Position numbers and translations under genes: made by a program | Shown: in pieces, positions 17,822 through 25,487 of the stretch | Layout of the letters: each line of letters begins with the position of its first letter | Position numbering within the stretch: the stretch's first letter is position 1 | Virus record (IMG/VR): IMGVR_UViG_3300018405_000049 | Span: 1-30,777 of that record | Direction: 5' to 3' (one strand) | Origin: a virus | Lineage: Duplodnaviria; Caudoviricetes | Length of the DNA stretch: 30,777 nt | Notes under the pieces: model-generated | The model's input: only the letters and a program-made list of their open reading frames with translations | Databases searched by the model: none | What the model was told of the DNA's origin: nothing

Positions 17822-19550
17822 TTTGAATTTCCTCCTTCTTACTTTTCTTTGATTTAGTTTTTGTCTTTATAAATGATTTAGAAGCTCTAATTTTGTCCAC
17901 CTCAGCCGCGTACTTTTCGTCGTATTCGGTTTTTAAATCTTCTCGTGCTTTTTTATTTTGTGCACGCAGATCGTCTATCTGTTTCTGAAATCTCTCTTTA
18001 TAAAGAATTTTCTGAGTAGGGTTCATGTTTTTAAGTTGTTCCCTTATAGAATCGATTTTGGACATCATATCTTCTTTTTGTTGATCAAGTTTCGTCTTAT
18101 GTTCGTCCTTGATTTTTTGCTTGACATATGCCGCTGCTTGTTTGCCCGAATCACTCAAACCAGATGTGGACGTTCGACCTTTTAGATTCTTCGTTCTCTC
18201 ATAATATTCATGAGCTTTGGCTGGATCATAGTATTCGCTGGCATAATGTTTAATCTCGCCATCACTATTTAGTTCGTCTTCTAATTGGTCTAGGTTGTCA
18301 TCGACTTCGTCTAGCTCGTCAACGTCTGACGAATACTGATCTTCGACGGGGATTTGCGTTTGATCTGCATCCGATGATCGGTTAGCGATGTTACTATTTT
18401 CTAGTTTATCAGCTTTTGGATCTTTTGACGGCTTCATACCAATAGCTTGTCGTATCTCATTAGACGAGGCAATTTCATTCCTTGTAAATTTATCTGCGAT
18501 TTCAGCAATGGTTGATACCGGAACTAATTTGAACGGATCTCGAAAGAATACAATAGATTGTTTTTGTGTTCGGGCAGTTTTTGTTAGAAACTTTCGTTTC
18601 ATCTCATCAACTATTGCCGAGACAATTGGTTCTATTGTTCTGTTATAATAATTAAGCATCGTCGTTTCATCAGCAGTTCCGTCTAATATACCCTGAGTTA
18701 TACCTAACTGGCTATAAAGCATACTCGTTAAATATTGTATCTGGGCCATTAAATTATTTTCGACTGGTCGGTTTAATTGGGTTATTCGCTCTGTGCCATC
18801 GGTATAAGCAATACCATACTGCGACCCAGATAACTGATTCTCAATGTCCGCACGTCGACTTTCTGCTTGTTTACGGCGAGCCTCTGTTTTTATAACATAT
18901 GGTAACTGAATTATTAGGTCTAATTTTCCAGAACCACTTTGTTTATCGATGGAGTCCAAAATATTAAGTTTATAGATTAATCGTTTTAATGTTGAATTCG
19001 GTTCATTAACTACTGCATATAGCGGGTTTTCGACAATAACAGTACTTTTTTTAGGAACTAACACATCCTCTTTTTGTCCTGTTTGTTCATTGTAAACTCG
19101 AATTCTTACATGCTGTGGAAACCAATCTAGAATCTTTCCTGTACGCATTGATAACACATCGTAAGAGCCAACATTCGGGTCTATGGTGGTATCAATTGGG
19201 GTAACAGCAACGCAACCTTCGTCTAACATTGACATTACAATGTCTTGCATAAATGCTCGTCCGGTTTGATCCGTGTTAGCATCTAATATTAGACAATTGT
19301 TAAGTCCAGACGATATAACTGATTGAAATCTATCGTCCTCATCTAATTTAACATGTTGTATAATTAGTGATGAAACGTCTAACGCAATTCTATTATAAAC
19401 CGACGTAATTATTGACTTTTCATTTCCGCCAGTAAATCTAGGACGATCTGGTCGGTAATTAGATGATGCACCACCAATAGGCACTCTATATGTTGGGTCT
19501 TTATTTGTAAAAGCATTATAGGCATGTTGGAGCCTGTCCGTTAGTCCCAT
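17814..19550 (-). CDS. Portal protein with long C-terminal extension
   Basis: Follows TerL, with SVYNRIALDV, DIVMSMLDEG, NYYNRTIEPI and SNEIRQAIG portal motifs. About 190 extra residues (acidic linker plus basic coiled coil) follow. Confidence 0.88.
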   Translation of the reverse strand: MGLTDRLQHAYNAFTNKDPTYRVPIGGASSNYRPDRPRFTGGNEKSIITSVYNRIALDVSSLIIQHVKLDEDDRFQSVISSGLNNCLILDANTDQTGRAFMQDIVMSMLDEGCVAVTPIDTTIDPNVGSYDVLSMRTGKILDWFPQHVRIRVYNEQTGQKEDVLVPKKSTVIVENPLYAVVNEPNSTLKRLIYKLNILDSIDKQSGSGKLDLIIQLPYVIKTEARRKQAESRRADIENQLSGSQYGIAYTDGTERITQLNRPVENNLMAQIQYLTSMLYSQLGITQGILDGTADETTMLNYYNRTIEPIVSAIVDEMKRKFLTKTARTQKQSIVFFRDPFKLVPVSTIAEIADKFTRNEIASSNEIRQAIGMKPSKDPKADKLENSNIANRSSDADQTQIPVEDQYSSDVDELDEVDDNLDQLEDELNSDGEIKHYASEYYDPAKAHEYYERTKNLKGRTSTSGLSDSGKQAAAYVKQKIKDEHKTKLDQQKEDMMSKIDSIREQLKNMNPTQKILYKERFQKQIDDLRAQNKKAREDLKTEYDEKYAAEVDKIRASKSFIKTKTKSKKSKKEEIQNG

Positions 19551-19564
19551 TTTGAATTTCCTCC

Positions 19565-21310
19565 TTATTCGAATGCGTCTTTGTTTTGTTTATATGCGAC
19601 GTACGCATCCATCATAGCTGCCACCGCATCAATCTTTTGATCGGATCGCTTCTTAAACAACTTTCTATTACCGTTAGTGTCTTCTAAGGTTATACAGTTG
19701 CCCATAGCAAACGTCATGAGTTCCTCGTCAAAGATAAGCATTCTCTCTTCTGATAATTTCTTAAGTTCGCCAAGTGGAACCGACTCAGTCTTGGCCCCCT
19801 GTATAACTTTTACTATGCCAAATGGCCCGTTTTCAGATTCCCATCGAGTAACGAATTCTTTAGCATTGTAAGGGTCAAACCCAAAACATCTAACGTCATA
19901 TCCAAGTTCACATATGTGATTATCTAGATCGTCGTAAACATCCATCATGTCTAAAACGGTCCCCGGTAAAACAACCAGACTGCCTTCTTTGATAAACTGA
20001 TCGTACTTTATTCTCATTGCGCCCGGTAATTTTGCTAGGGTGTGTTCGGTTATGTAGTTTCTGGTCTTTATTCCAAAAGCCCCTCGAACCAATGGGAATA
20101 AGAACGTAAACGAACAGAAGTCATCGCCCTGTGACAGGTCTCCTCCAAGAGCGCACGGTAACTTCCAAAACTCTCGTGGTTTATGACTTAGTGTCTCTTC
20201 ATAAGTAAAGTAGTATGTGTAACCCTCCATTGGAATGCCAAAACGTTTAGCTAGGATATCATTACGGGCAGCTGGAGCTTTCTCAGCTCTATCTACGTCT
20301 AATTGATACGTTTCATAACTAACTGTCTTGCCAAGATTGGGGTTGGCTTTTAACCACATGTCTGGATTGCTAACTTCTTCAACTGAATCCAACTTATACC
20401 ACCAAATCGAAACGTGAGGATTGATATAGTCACCTTTAAGTATGTCGGCTAACTCCATTTTGATTGTGTCGCCGCTACCGTTTCGAACAGTACCTTCGGA
20501 ACTCATTGCTACGATTAAGTAGTCGTCAAGTTTAGAAGCACCTTGTTCAATTGCACCTATAACATCTTCTCGGATATCCCCTGAGAGCCATTCGTCAACG
20601 GTAGCAATCTTACACCGAAGACCTTGAAGCTTGTTAATGCTCATTGGTCGTATTTCAATGATAGAGCCAGTAAGGAAGTTTTCTATTCCCTTTTTAGTTG
20701 ACGCCAACTTCATACGATTTGCTTTTGAACCGGTCGTATTTTGCATTGACCCATCAGTTAAGAATTTAAATAGTGGTCCTCTAGAACGAACTATTGCCGT
20801 TCTAATTGGAGACATTACTTCTTCGGCCTGTTTCATGGTTGGAGCGGTTGTGATTTGATGAGTTGTGGATGTGTCTACGTTTTGGAAGAACGATTGAACA
20901 CACGAACCATATACCGACTTGGCGGCACCTCTTCCAACTATTAAAAATTGTTTGTTGATGAGTCGTTTTTTGACCATCTTCTTAACAAAGTGTCCACCAT
21001 GTCCATCGGGGTTTGGTTCATAAACACTACGTTCAACATAGTAAAACCATGCGAGTGCAGATTCTCCCCATAATTTAAAAGTGTCTAAAAGATTTAAATC
21101 AGAACCATCGGTTAGTGTTAACTCAGCTTCGCAATACTTAATCCAGCCGTCTATAGCTTGATCGTCGTAATAAATACCGGGATTAGCAATTAACTCGTCA
21201 ATTCTATTCATCTCCATTGAGACTTCTTTATTGACTGGTATCTCACTATGCACGACGGCATCTCTAAACATGCCGTAATACTTTGGAACGGCGGTGTTAG
21301 ATAATGCCAT
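19565..21310 (-). CDS. terL: Terminase large subunit
   Basis: Walker A-like VGRGAAKS, Walker B ATVDEW, nuclease-domain GGDLSQGDDF, FDPYNA and KIDAVAAMMDA. Confidence 0.93.
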   Translation of the reverse strand: MALSNTAVPKYYGMFRDAVVHSEIPVNKEVSMEMNRIDELIANPGIYYDDQAIDGWIKYCEAELTLTDGSDLNLLDTFKLWGESALAWFYYVERSVYEPNPDGHGGHFVKKMVKKRLINKQFLIVGRGAAKSVYGSCVQSFFQNVDTSTTHQITTAPTMKQAEEVMSPIRTAIVRSRGPLFKFLTDGSMQNTTGSKANRMKLASTKKGIENFLTGSIIEIRPMSINKLQGLRCKIATVDEWLSGDIREDVIGAIEQGASKLDDYLIVAMSSEGTVRNGSGDTIKMELADILKGDYINPHVSIWWYKLDSVEEVSNPDMWLKANPNLGKTVSYETYQLDVDRAEKAPAARNDILAKRFGIPMEGYTYYFTYEETLSHKPREFWKLPCALGGDLSQGDDFCSFTFLFPLVRGAFGIKTRNYITEHTLAKLPGAMRIKYDQFIKEGSLVVLPGTVLDMMDVYDDLDNHICELGYDVRCFGFDPYNAKEFVTRWESENGPFGIVKVIQGAKTESVPLGELKKLSEERMLIFDEELMTFAMGNCITLEDTNGNRKLFKKRSDQKIDAVAAMMDAYVAYKQNKDAFE

Positions 21311-21322
21311 TTTGAATTCTCC

Positions 21323-21496
21323 TTATTTCTTGGTACGATGTATAAGTATTGGTGTTCCGATTATTGCTTTGTTTGTGGAATCGGTTTTTCTAGTAACCCC
21401 CCAATGTGTGACCGGGTCTTCTTTCGTTGGAATCGTTTCTAAATCCATGTCAAAACTACCCATTCGTTGAACGAATTCATCATAATCTTTATTCAT
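21323..21496 (-). CDS. Small hypothetical protein with internal HWGVTR motif
   Basis: ORF filling the gap between the ART-like gene and terL. ATG 21496 has a GAAAGGA RBS (track start 21514). Confidence 0.55.
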   Translation of the reverse strand: MNKDYDEFVQRMGSFDMDLETIPTKEDPVTHWGVTRKTDSTNKAIIGTPILIHRTKK

Positions 21497-21514
21497 TATT
21501 AATCGTCCTTTCAT

Positions 21515-22393
21515 TTATGAGGCATCTACAGTAATAGCAAACATTTGACGTTGTTCGTCAAACTCCAACTTACGATAGGTTAACTTTTCTGGTGCTAAAA
21601 TTGCCTCTTGGTTACTTCTAGTGTTAACAAGAGATTTGCCAGTACTAGTTTTACCATCAGCTAATACTCCAGGACAACCTTTACAGTTTATTACCATATA
21701 GGTGTTGTATGTCTTTGCTGCTGTCGGGTTAACTGCTCGCCATGTGTCAATAGCAAATAACGGAGAAGTACTCGTTGAGAATACTCGACTCTCTTTATTC
21801 GATTTACCAGAGAAATTGTTAGATAGTCCAGCAAACATACTTTTCATTTCTTCGTCATCTATTTGATCTGCCTTTTTAGCAATACCATTAGCAGAGAATT
21901 TAAGATTACAACTTCTATACACAGTAACATCATCTACTTTATTCTTACGAAGGGTCTTTTTTAATTTAGCAGCATCTTCGGCATACGCTTTAGGGTCGCC
22001 TATAGCCAAGTAACCGTTAACGCCTCGAGAATATCTAGCTGAGTCGGTATACGTTTTTAAGTTTTTTAAGTCGTTGTCGTCGAGATTGTGGTAGACGGCT
22101 TTCTTATGAGTCGCTATACCAACACTCTCAATTGCTTTGAGCGCTCTAGGATTACTAGGAAGTACCCCATCTCTGTGAACAGCAGCTAGAGTATAATCAG
22201 CTAATAATTGAATGTCGTCATTAACTTTGTTAGCTAATTTACGAACTTTATACTTCATCTCTCTAGGGTTAGCTTGAGCGGCAACACTATAAACCTTTCG
22301 CTCGACCGACTTTTTAATGTTTGATAGTTGAGCATCAGTACGGGTAACTCCCCAATGCATTCCTTTAACGCCATAGTGATATAATTGGGTCAT
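21515..22393 (-). CDS. Putative ADP-ribosyltransferase (VIP2/Alt-like R-S-E fold) with N-terminal HYGVKGMHWG tag
   Basis: LKTYT...Y.RGVNGYL helix, VTVYR (R), FSTSTS (STS) and SNQEAIL (catalytic E) in the correct order and spacing. ATG 22393 has a GGAGG RBS. Confidence 0.7.
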   Translation of the reverse strand: MTQLYHYGVKGMHWGVTRTDAQLSNIKKSVERKVYSVAAQANPREMKYKVRKLANKVNDDIQLLADYTLAAVHRDGVLPSNPRALKAIESVGIATHKKAVYHNLDDNDLKNLKTYTDSARYSRGVNGYLAIGDPKAYAEDAAKLKKTLRKNKVDDVTVYRSCNLKFSANGIAKKADQIDDEEMKSMFAGLSNNFSGKSNKESRVFSTSTSPLFAIDTWRAVNPTAAKTYNTYMVINCKGCPGVLADGKTSTGKSLVNTRSNQEAILAPEKLTYRKLEFDEQRQMFAITVDAS

Positions 22394-22407
22394 AAGTATA
22401 ACCTCCA

Positions 22408-22944
22408 TTAATTTCCAAATATTTCGTCAAGAATAGATTGTGTTCTTACTTCTCTAGCTGCGTCGGTTTGTCCTCTTTTTTCTAGCATTTTACTACGCAA
22501 ACGAGCCGCAGTTGCATCATTTCCCCCAAACAACTCTTTTGTGATTTGTCTAGCTCTCAGTTCTCTTGCAGCATCATTTCGCCCTTGTTTCTGTAACATG
22601 CTAATTCTAATGTTTGTGGCTATCTTATCCAAATCAGCTTTTTCTTCGTCTGTTAAGTATGACTTTTTAGGAGCCGGTTGGTCTTTCATTTTTTTTAATT
22701 TTAAAGTATTCTTTTCTATACGCTTTTCAAGAGCTTTTTTATCTCTTTCATCGTACGCCGCATGTCGCTTTTTGGTTATACCTCGACTAGTATGTCCACC
22801 GTTGTCTAGTTTTGTAAGGGCTTTTTTATCGAAAGCTATTTGTCTACTTGTAGTTATTCCTCGACCAGCTCTTTGCCCCCAATGCATTCCTTTTACACCA
22901 AAATGTATTAGTTGGTCGTCTTTAATTTTTATAAAGTCAGCCAA
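22408..22944 (-). CDS. Basic hypothetical protein with N-terminal HFGVKGMHWG tag
   Basis: TTG start with AAGGAGG RBS, shared tag, and a C-terminal ~36-aa duplication. Confidence 0.75.
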   Translation of the reverse strand: MADFIKIKDDQLIHFGVKGMHWGQRAGRGITTSRQIAFDKKALTKLDNGGHTSRGITKKRHAAYDERDKKALEKRIEKNTLKLKKMKDQPAPKKSYLTDEEKADLDKIATNIRISMLQKQGRNDAARELRARQITKELFGGNDATAARLRSKMLEKRGQTDAAREVRTQSILDEIFGN

Positions 22945-22960
22945 GTATCGACCCTCCTTT

Positions 22961-23383
22961 TTAATTACCTTTCAGTTGTTTCATAGCAAGCGCTATTCCA
23001 ATAGCTGAACTACCAATTGCTAGGACGCTTCCACCAACATCTAACGCGCTTTTAGCATAAGCCTGTCCTTTTGAAATTTGATTAGCCGAAAGATTTGCAT
23101 ATTGCTGCTCCATATTCATTCTTGCAACCTTAGCTTTTAACTCGGCATCAGATAGTTTGGCAATATCTTCTTGATTTTTAGCAGCTCGTGCAACGGATAT
23201 TGATTTGTTAATTTTTCCACCTTGTTCCGTAATTTTAGAAGAGTGGTCGGTAACTTCCTTGGCACGGATTAATTGATCGGTTGTCATCTTATGTTTTTCA
23301 CCGCCCGAACTCTCAGAGTTTGAACCTCTCCTAACGCCCCAATGCATTCCTTTGATGCCAAAATGTAATATTTCGTTATTCAC
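22961..23383 (-). CDS. Hypothetical protein with N-terminal HFGIKGMHWGVRR tag and hydrophobic C-terminus
   Basis: Shared tag, LSDAELKAKVARMNMEQQY motif and a Gly/Ala-rich C-terminal helix. Confidence 0.75.
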   Translation of the reverse strand: MNNEILHFGIKGMHWGVRRGSNSESSGGEKHKMTTDQLIRAKEVTDHSSKITEQGGKINKSISVARAAKNQEDIAKLSDAELKAKVARMNMEQQYANLSANQISKGQAYAKSALDVGGSVLAIGSSAIGIALAMKQLKGN

Positions 23384-23747
23384 TTATTTCACCACCTTCT
23401 ACAACTGGCGTATAACCAGGATCGACTTCTGCTAATATTCGGTATTCTAATTCGTTTACTTGTTCCTTCATAGAGGCTACTGCCGCCGAACTAGCAGGTG
23501 GGTCAAATATCAGCTTCACCTTTAGATACACATATGTTTTTACAAATTCGAGTTTTGTACCTTCTCCCAAGAAATCAGTCCATGCCGATTCTGCAGTTGC
23601 TATAAATCCAGTATCTGGTCCAACTCCAAGTTGTCTTAGTATTCCAAACGTGGTGTTTGTGTGGATTAAAATATCGGTATCGAAGTGCGTATAACTTGCA
23701 TCTCCACCTCCGATTAACTTCTTTAGTGTTTCAAGTATACCCGTCAT
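23376..23747 (-). CDS. Putative head-tail adaptor (connector) protein
   Basis: ILETLKKLIG...FDTDILIH.N..F..L.QLGVG...YVYLKVKLIFDPP helical protein, recalled as the gp6/gp15-like adaptor in related phages. Confidence 0.6.
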   Translation of the reverse strand: MTGILETLKKLIGGGDASYTHFDTDILIHTNTTFGILRQLGVGPDTGFIATAESAWTDFLGEGTKLEFVKTYVYLKVKLIFDPPASSAAVASMKEQVNELEYRILAEVDPGYTPVVEGGEISE

Positions 23748-23761
23748 CGTAGATCTCCTAT

Positions 23762-24154
23762 CTATTTAAGCGTAATATATTGTTTCATACAATATCCATC
23801 AAAGCCCGCAGATGTACAAATTTTATAGAAATCTTCAGCGGTTTCCTTATCATAAATAATTACCTCAGATCCTGATCTGAGTACACCGACAACATCACAC
23901 TCAATATTTGGTTCGCTTCTGACATTCAATGAATCGCAATCAGAAACCACACCAATTACTTTGTCATATGCGTCTGTTTTTTCATCACCTTCGGATTCCA
24001 CCTCTGTAGTTTCGTCTACTAACACTTCACTTTCTTCTTTACTCTCGGTTTCTAATTCAGTGTTTGTAGTTTCGGCTGCTGGAATTTTAATTTCTTCTTC
24101 ATTGTTTTTTAAAGCATCAATATTTTCGATGCCGCTTGTTCTTCTTCCACTCAT
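23762..24154 (-). CDS. SH3b-domain protein with acidic N-terminus
   Basis: LNVRSEP...VVGVL..GSEV.I...FYKI...GFDGYC is a bacterial SH3 signature. ATG 24154 has an AGGAGG RBS. Confidence 0.75.
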   Translation of the reverse strand: MSGRRTSGIENIDALKNNEEEIKIPAAETTNTELETESKEESEVLVDETTEVESEGDEKTDAYDKVIGVVSDCDSLNVRSEPNIECDVVGVLRSGSEVIIYDKETAEDFYKICTSAGFDGYCMKQYITLK

Positions 24155-24171
24155 GATAAACCTCCTATGAG

Positions 24172-24606
24172 TTAACTTCGCCAAGGACATGTGTCATTCC
24201 TTGATCGTTCAATTGGTACGCGACGATTTATTAAAGATAAGTCACCATAATGTATAGCGTTATGTGTTGACAAAATGGTTGTTATAAGATACTCGGGATC
24301 AAATAAGAATTGACTTCGGAGTTCTATATCTTCTTTAGTGAGTGCATTCATATGATGTATTAACGCAAAACCTTTCGGTATATCATAACCATCCACACCT
24401 AAGTCACATCCTAAATCTCGAATTATAATTTGTCTTCTGGTATCTTTCCATTCTTGAGTTTTGTAAAATATCTGGTTTAGATATCGATCAAAACCAAAAG
24501 TATCTTTACAGACGGTTCTATCCAATCGTAAGTATTCGAATCTTTCTTCAAATGTTTTGAGTCTTGATAGTTCGGAATACGTTCTAATAATCATTTGAAT
24601 CACCAT
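24172..24606 (-). CDS. HNH endonuclease (terminase-associated)
   Basis: EWKDTRRQIIIRD.GCD...IHHMN...LIT....THNAIH. Adjacent to putative TerS. Start may be ATG 24594. Confidence 0.8.
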   Translation of the reverse strand: MVIQMIIRTYSELSRLKTFEERFEYLRLDRTVCKDTFGFDRYLNQIFYKTQEWKDTRRQIIIRDLGCDLGVDGYDIPKGFALIHHMNALTKEDIELRSQFLFDPEYLITTILSTHNAIHYGDLSLINRRVPIERSRNDTCPWRS

Positions 24607-24922
24607 GTCCGCCGTACTGCTTCATTGCAACAATGGCGTTTTTATATAACTCTTCTATAACTGCTCCTGACTCAAGTGCTTTTGTCTTTGCCGACATTAA
24701 TTTCTTCTGTTCCAGTAAAATTTCTTTTTCCAATCGAGCACTGGTAGACCCCATCTTTAAAAAATGACTTATGACTTGTGACGAGGCAGTTCCGTCTGCT
24801 AACTGTCTTTCAGCAAGATCTGTAGCTAAAGAGATCAATTGATTTTCTCTAGCTTCTGGAGATAAAGCTGGTCTAATTTTTTTAGTTGATCCAGAAGAAC
24901 TTGACGATCCGACTTTAGGCAT
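24584..24922 (-). CDS. Putative terminase small subunit
   Basis: First gene of the head operon, 112-aa helical protein (RPALSPEARENQLISLA.DLAE.QL..GTASSQVI.HFLK). Assignment is mainly positional. Confidence 0.5.
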   Translation of the reverse strand: MPKVGSSSSSGSTKKIRPALSPEARENQLISLATDLAERQLADGTASSQVISHFLKMGSTSARLEKEILLEQKKLMSAKTKALESGAVIEELYKNAIVAMKQYGGHGDSNDY

Positions 24923-24968
24923 CCTTTGTGCCTCCTCTCTAATAGTTTGCTAGTGCTTTTAGTATAGT

Positions 24969-25080
24969 TTGATACAGGTATTAAACACCCACGTAGACTT
25001 CGTTATATACCTCTTTGCTGAAAGGAGCACAAAAACCCAAAGATCGAGCGATGTTCGTAGGTGCTTAATACCTGTATCAA
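24969..25080 (-). ncRNA. Candidate structured RNA: 25-bp stem enclosing a 62-nt region
   Basis: Arms 24969-24993 and 25056-25080 match at 23/25, and both mismatches become G-U pairs on the minus strand. Intergenic, upstream of the head operon. Confidence 0.55.
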
Positions 25081-25247
25081 GTGAATTGTTTTCTCAAATC
25101 CTCCCCCGGGGAATTTTTCGAGACCCACGCGATGACACGGGGGGTGTCAATTTTGCGAGACCCCCCCTATGGTATTAATATAAAAATATTTTTTACTAAA
25201 ACGTCTAGCATTGTTTAATTACGACAGATTGTTTGTTTATTTGTGTA

Positions 25248-25487
25248 TTATTTTTCTTTTATTTTTTTGTAAATGTTTTGAAAGTCATACTTGATGATCT
25301 CGTCAATGGCCCGTTCAATCTCAGCATTATTCTCTTCATCAGACAATTGATCCGAGGTACGGGCTATTCTACCAAGGTAAGAACAAGTACCGTAGCCTTT
25401 CTCGTCGTCGAATAGCAACCAAGAAGTGAAGTCTTTGATCGGGTCATAAGGGTTGTCGAACGTCGTTAACATGCATCTAGTTCCCAT
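25248..25487 (-). CDS. Small acidic hypothetical protein coupled to the polymerase gene
   Basis: ATG abuts the stop of the 999-aa gene. MLTTFDNPYDP...W..FD..KGY.TC.YL.RIA. Confidence 0.8.
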   Translation of the reverse strand: MGTRCMLTTFDNPYDPIKDFTSWLLFDDEKGYGTCSYLGRIARTSDQLSDEENNAEIERAIDEIIKYDFQNIYKKIKEK

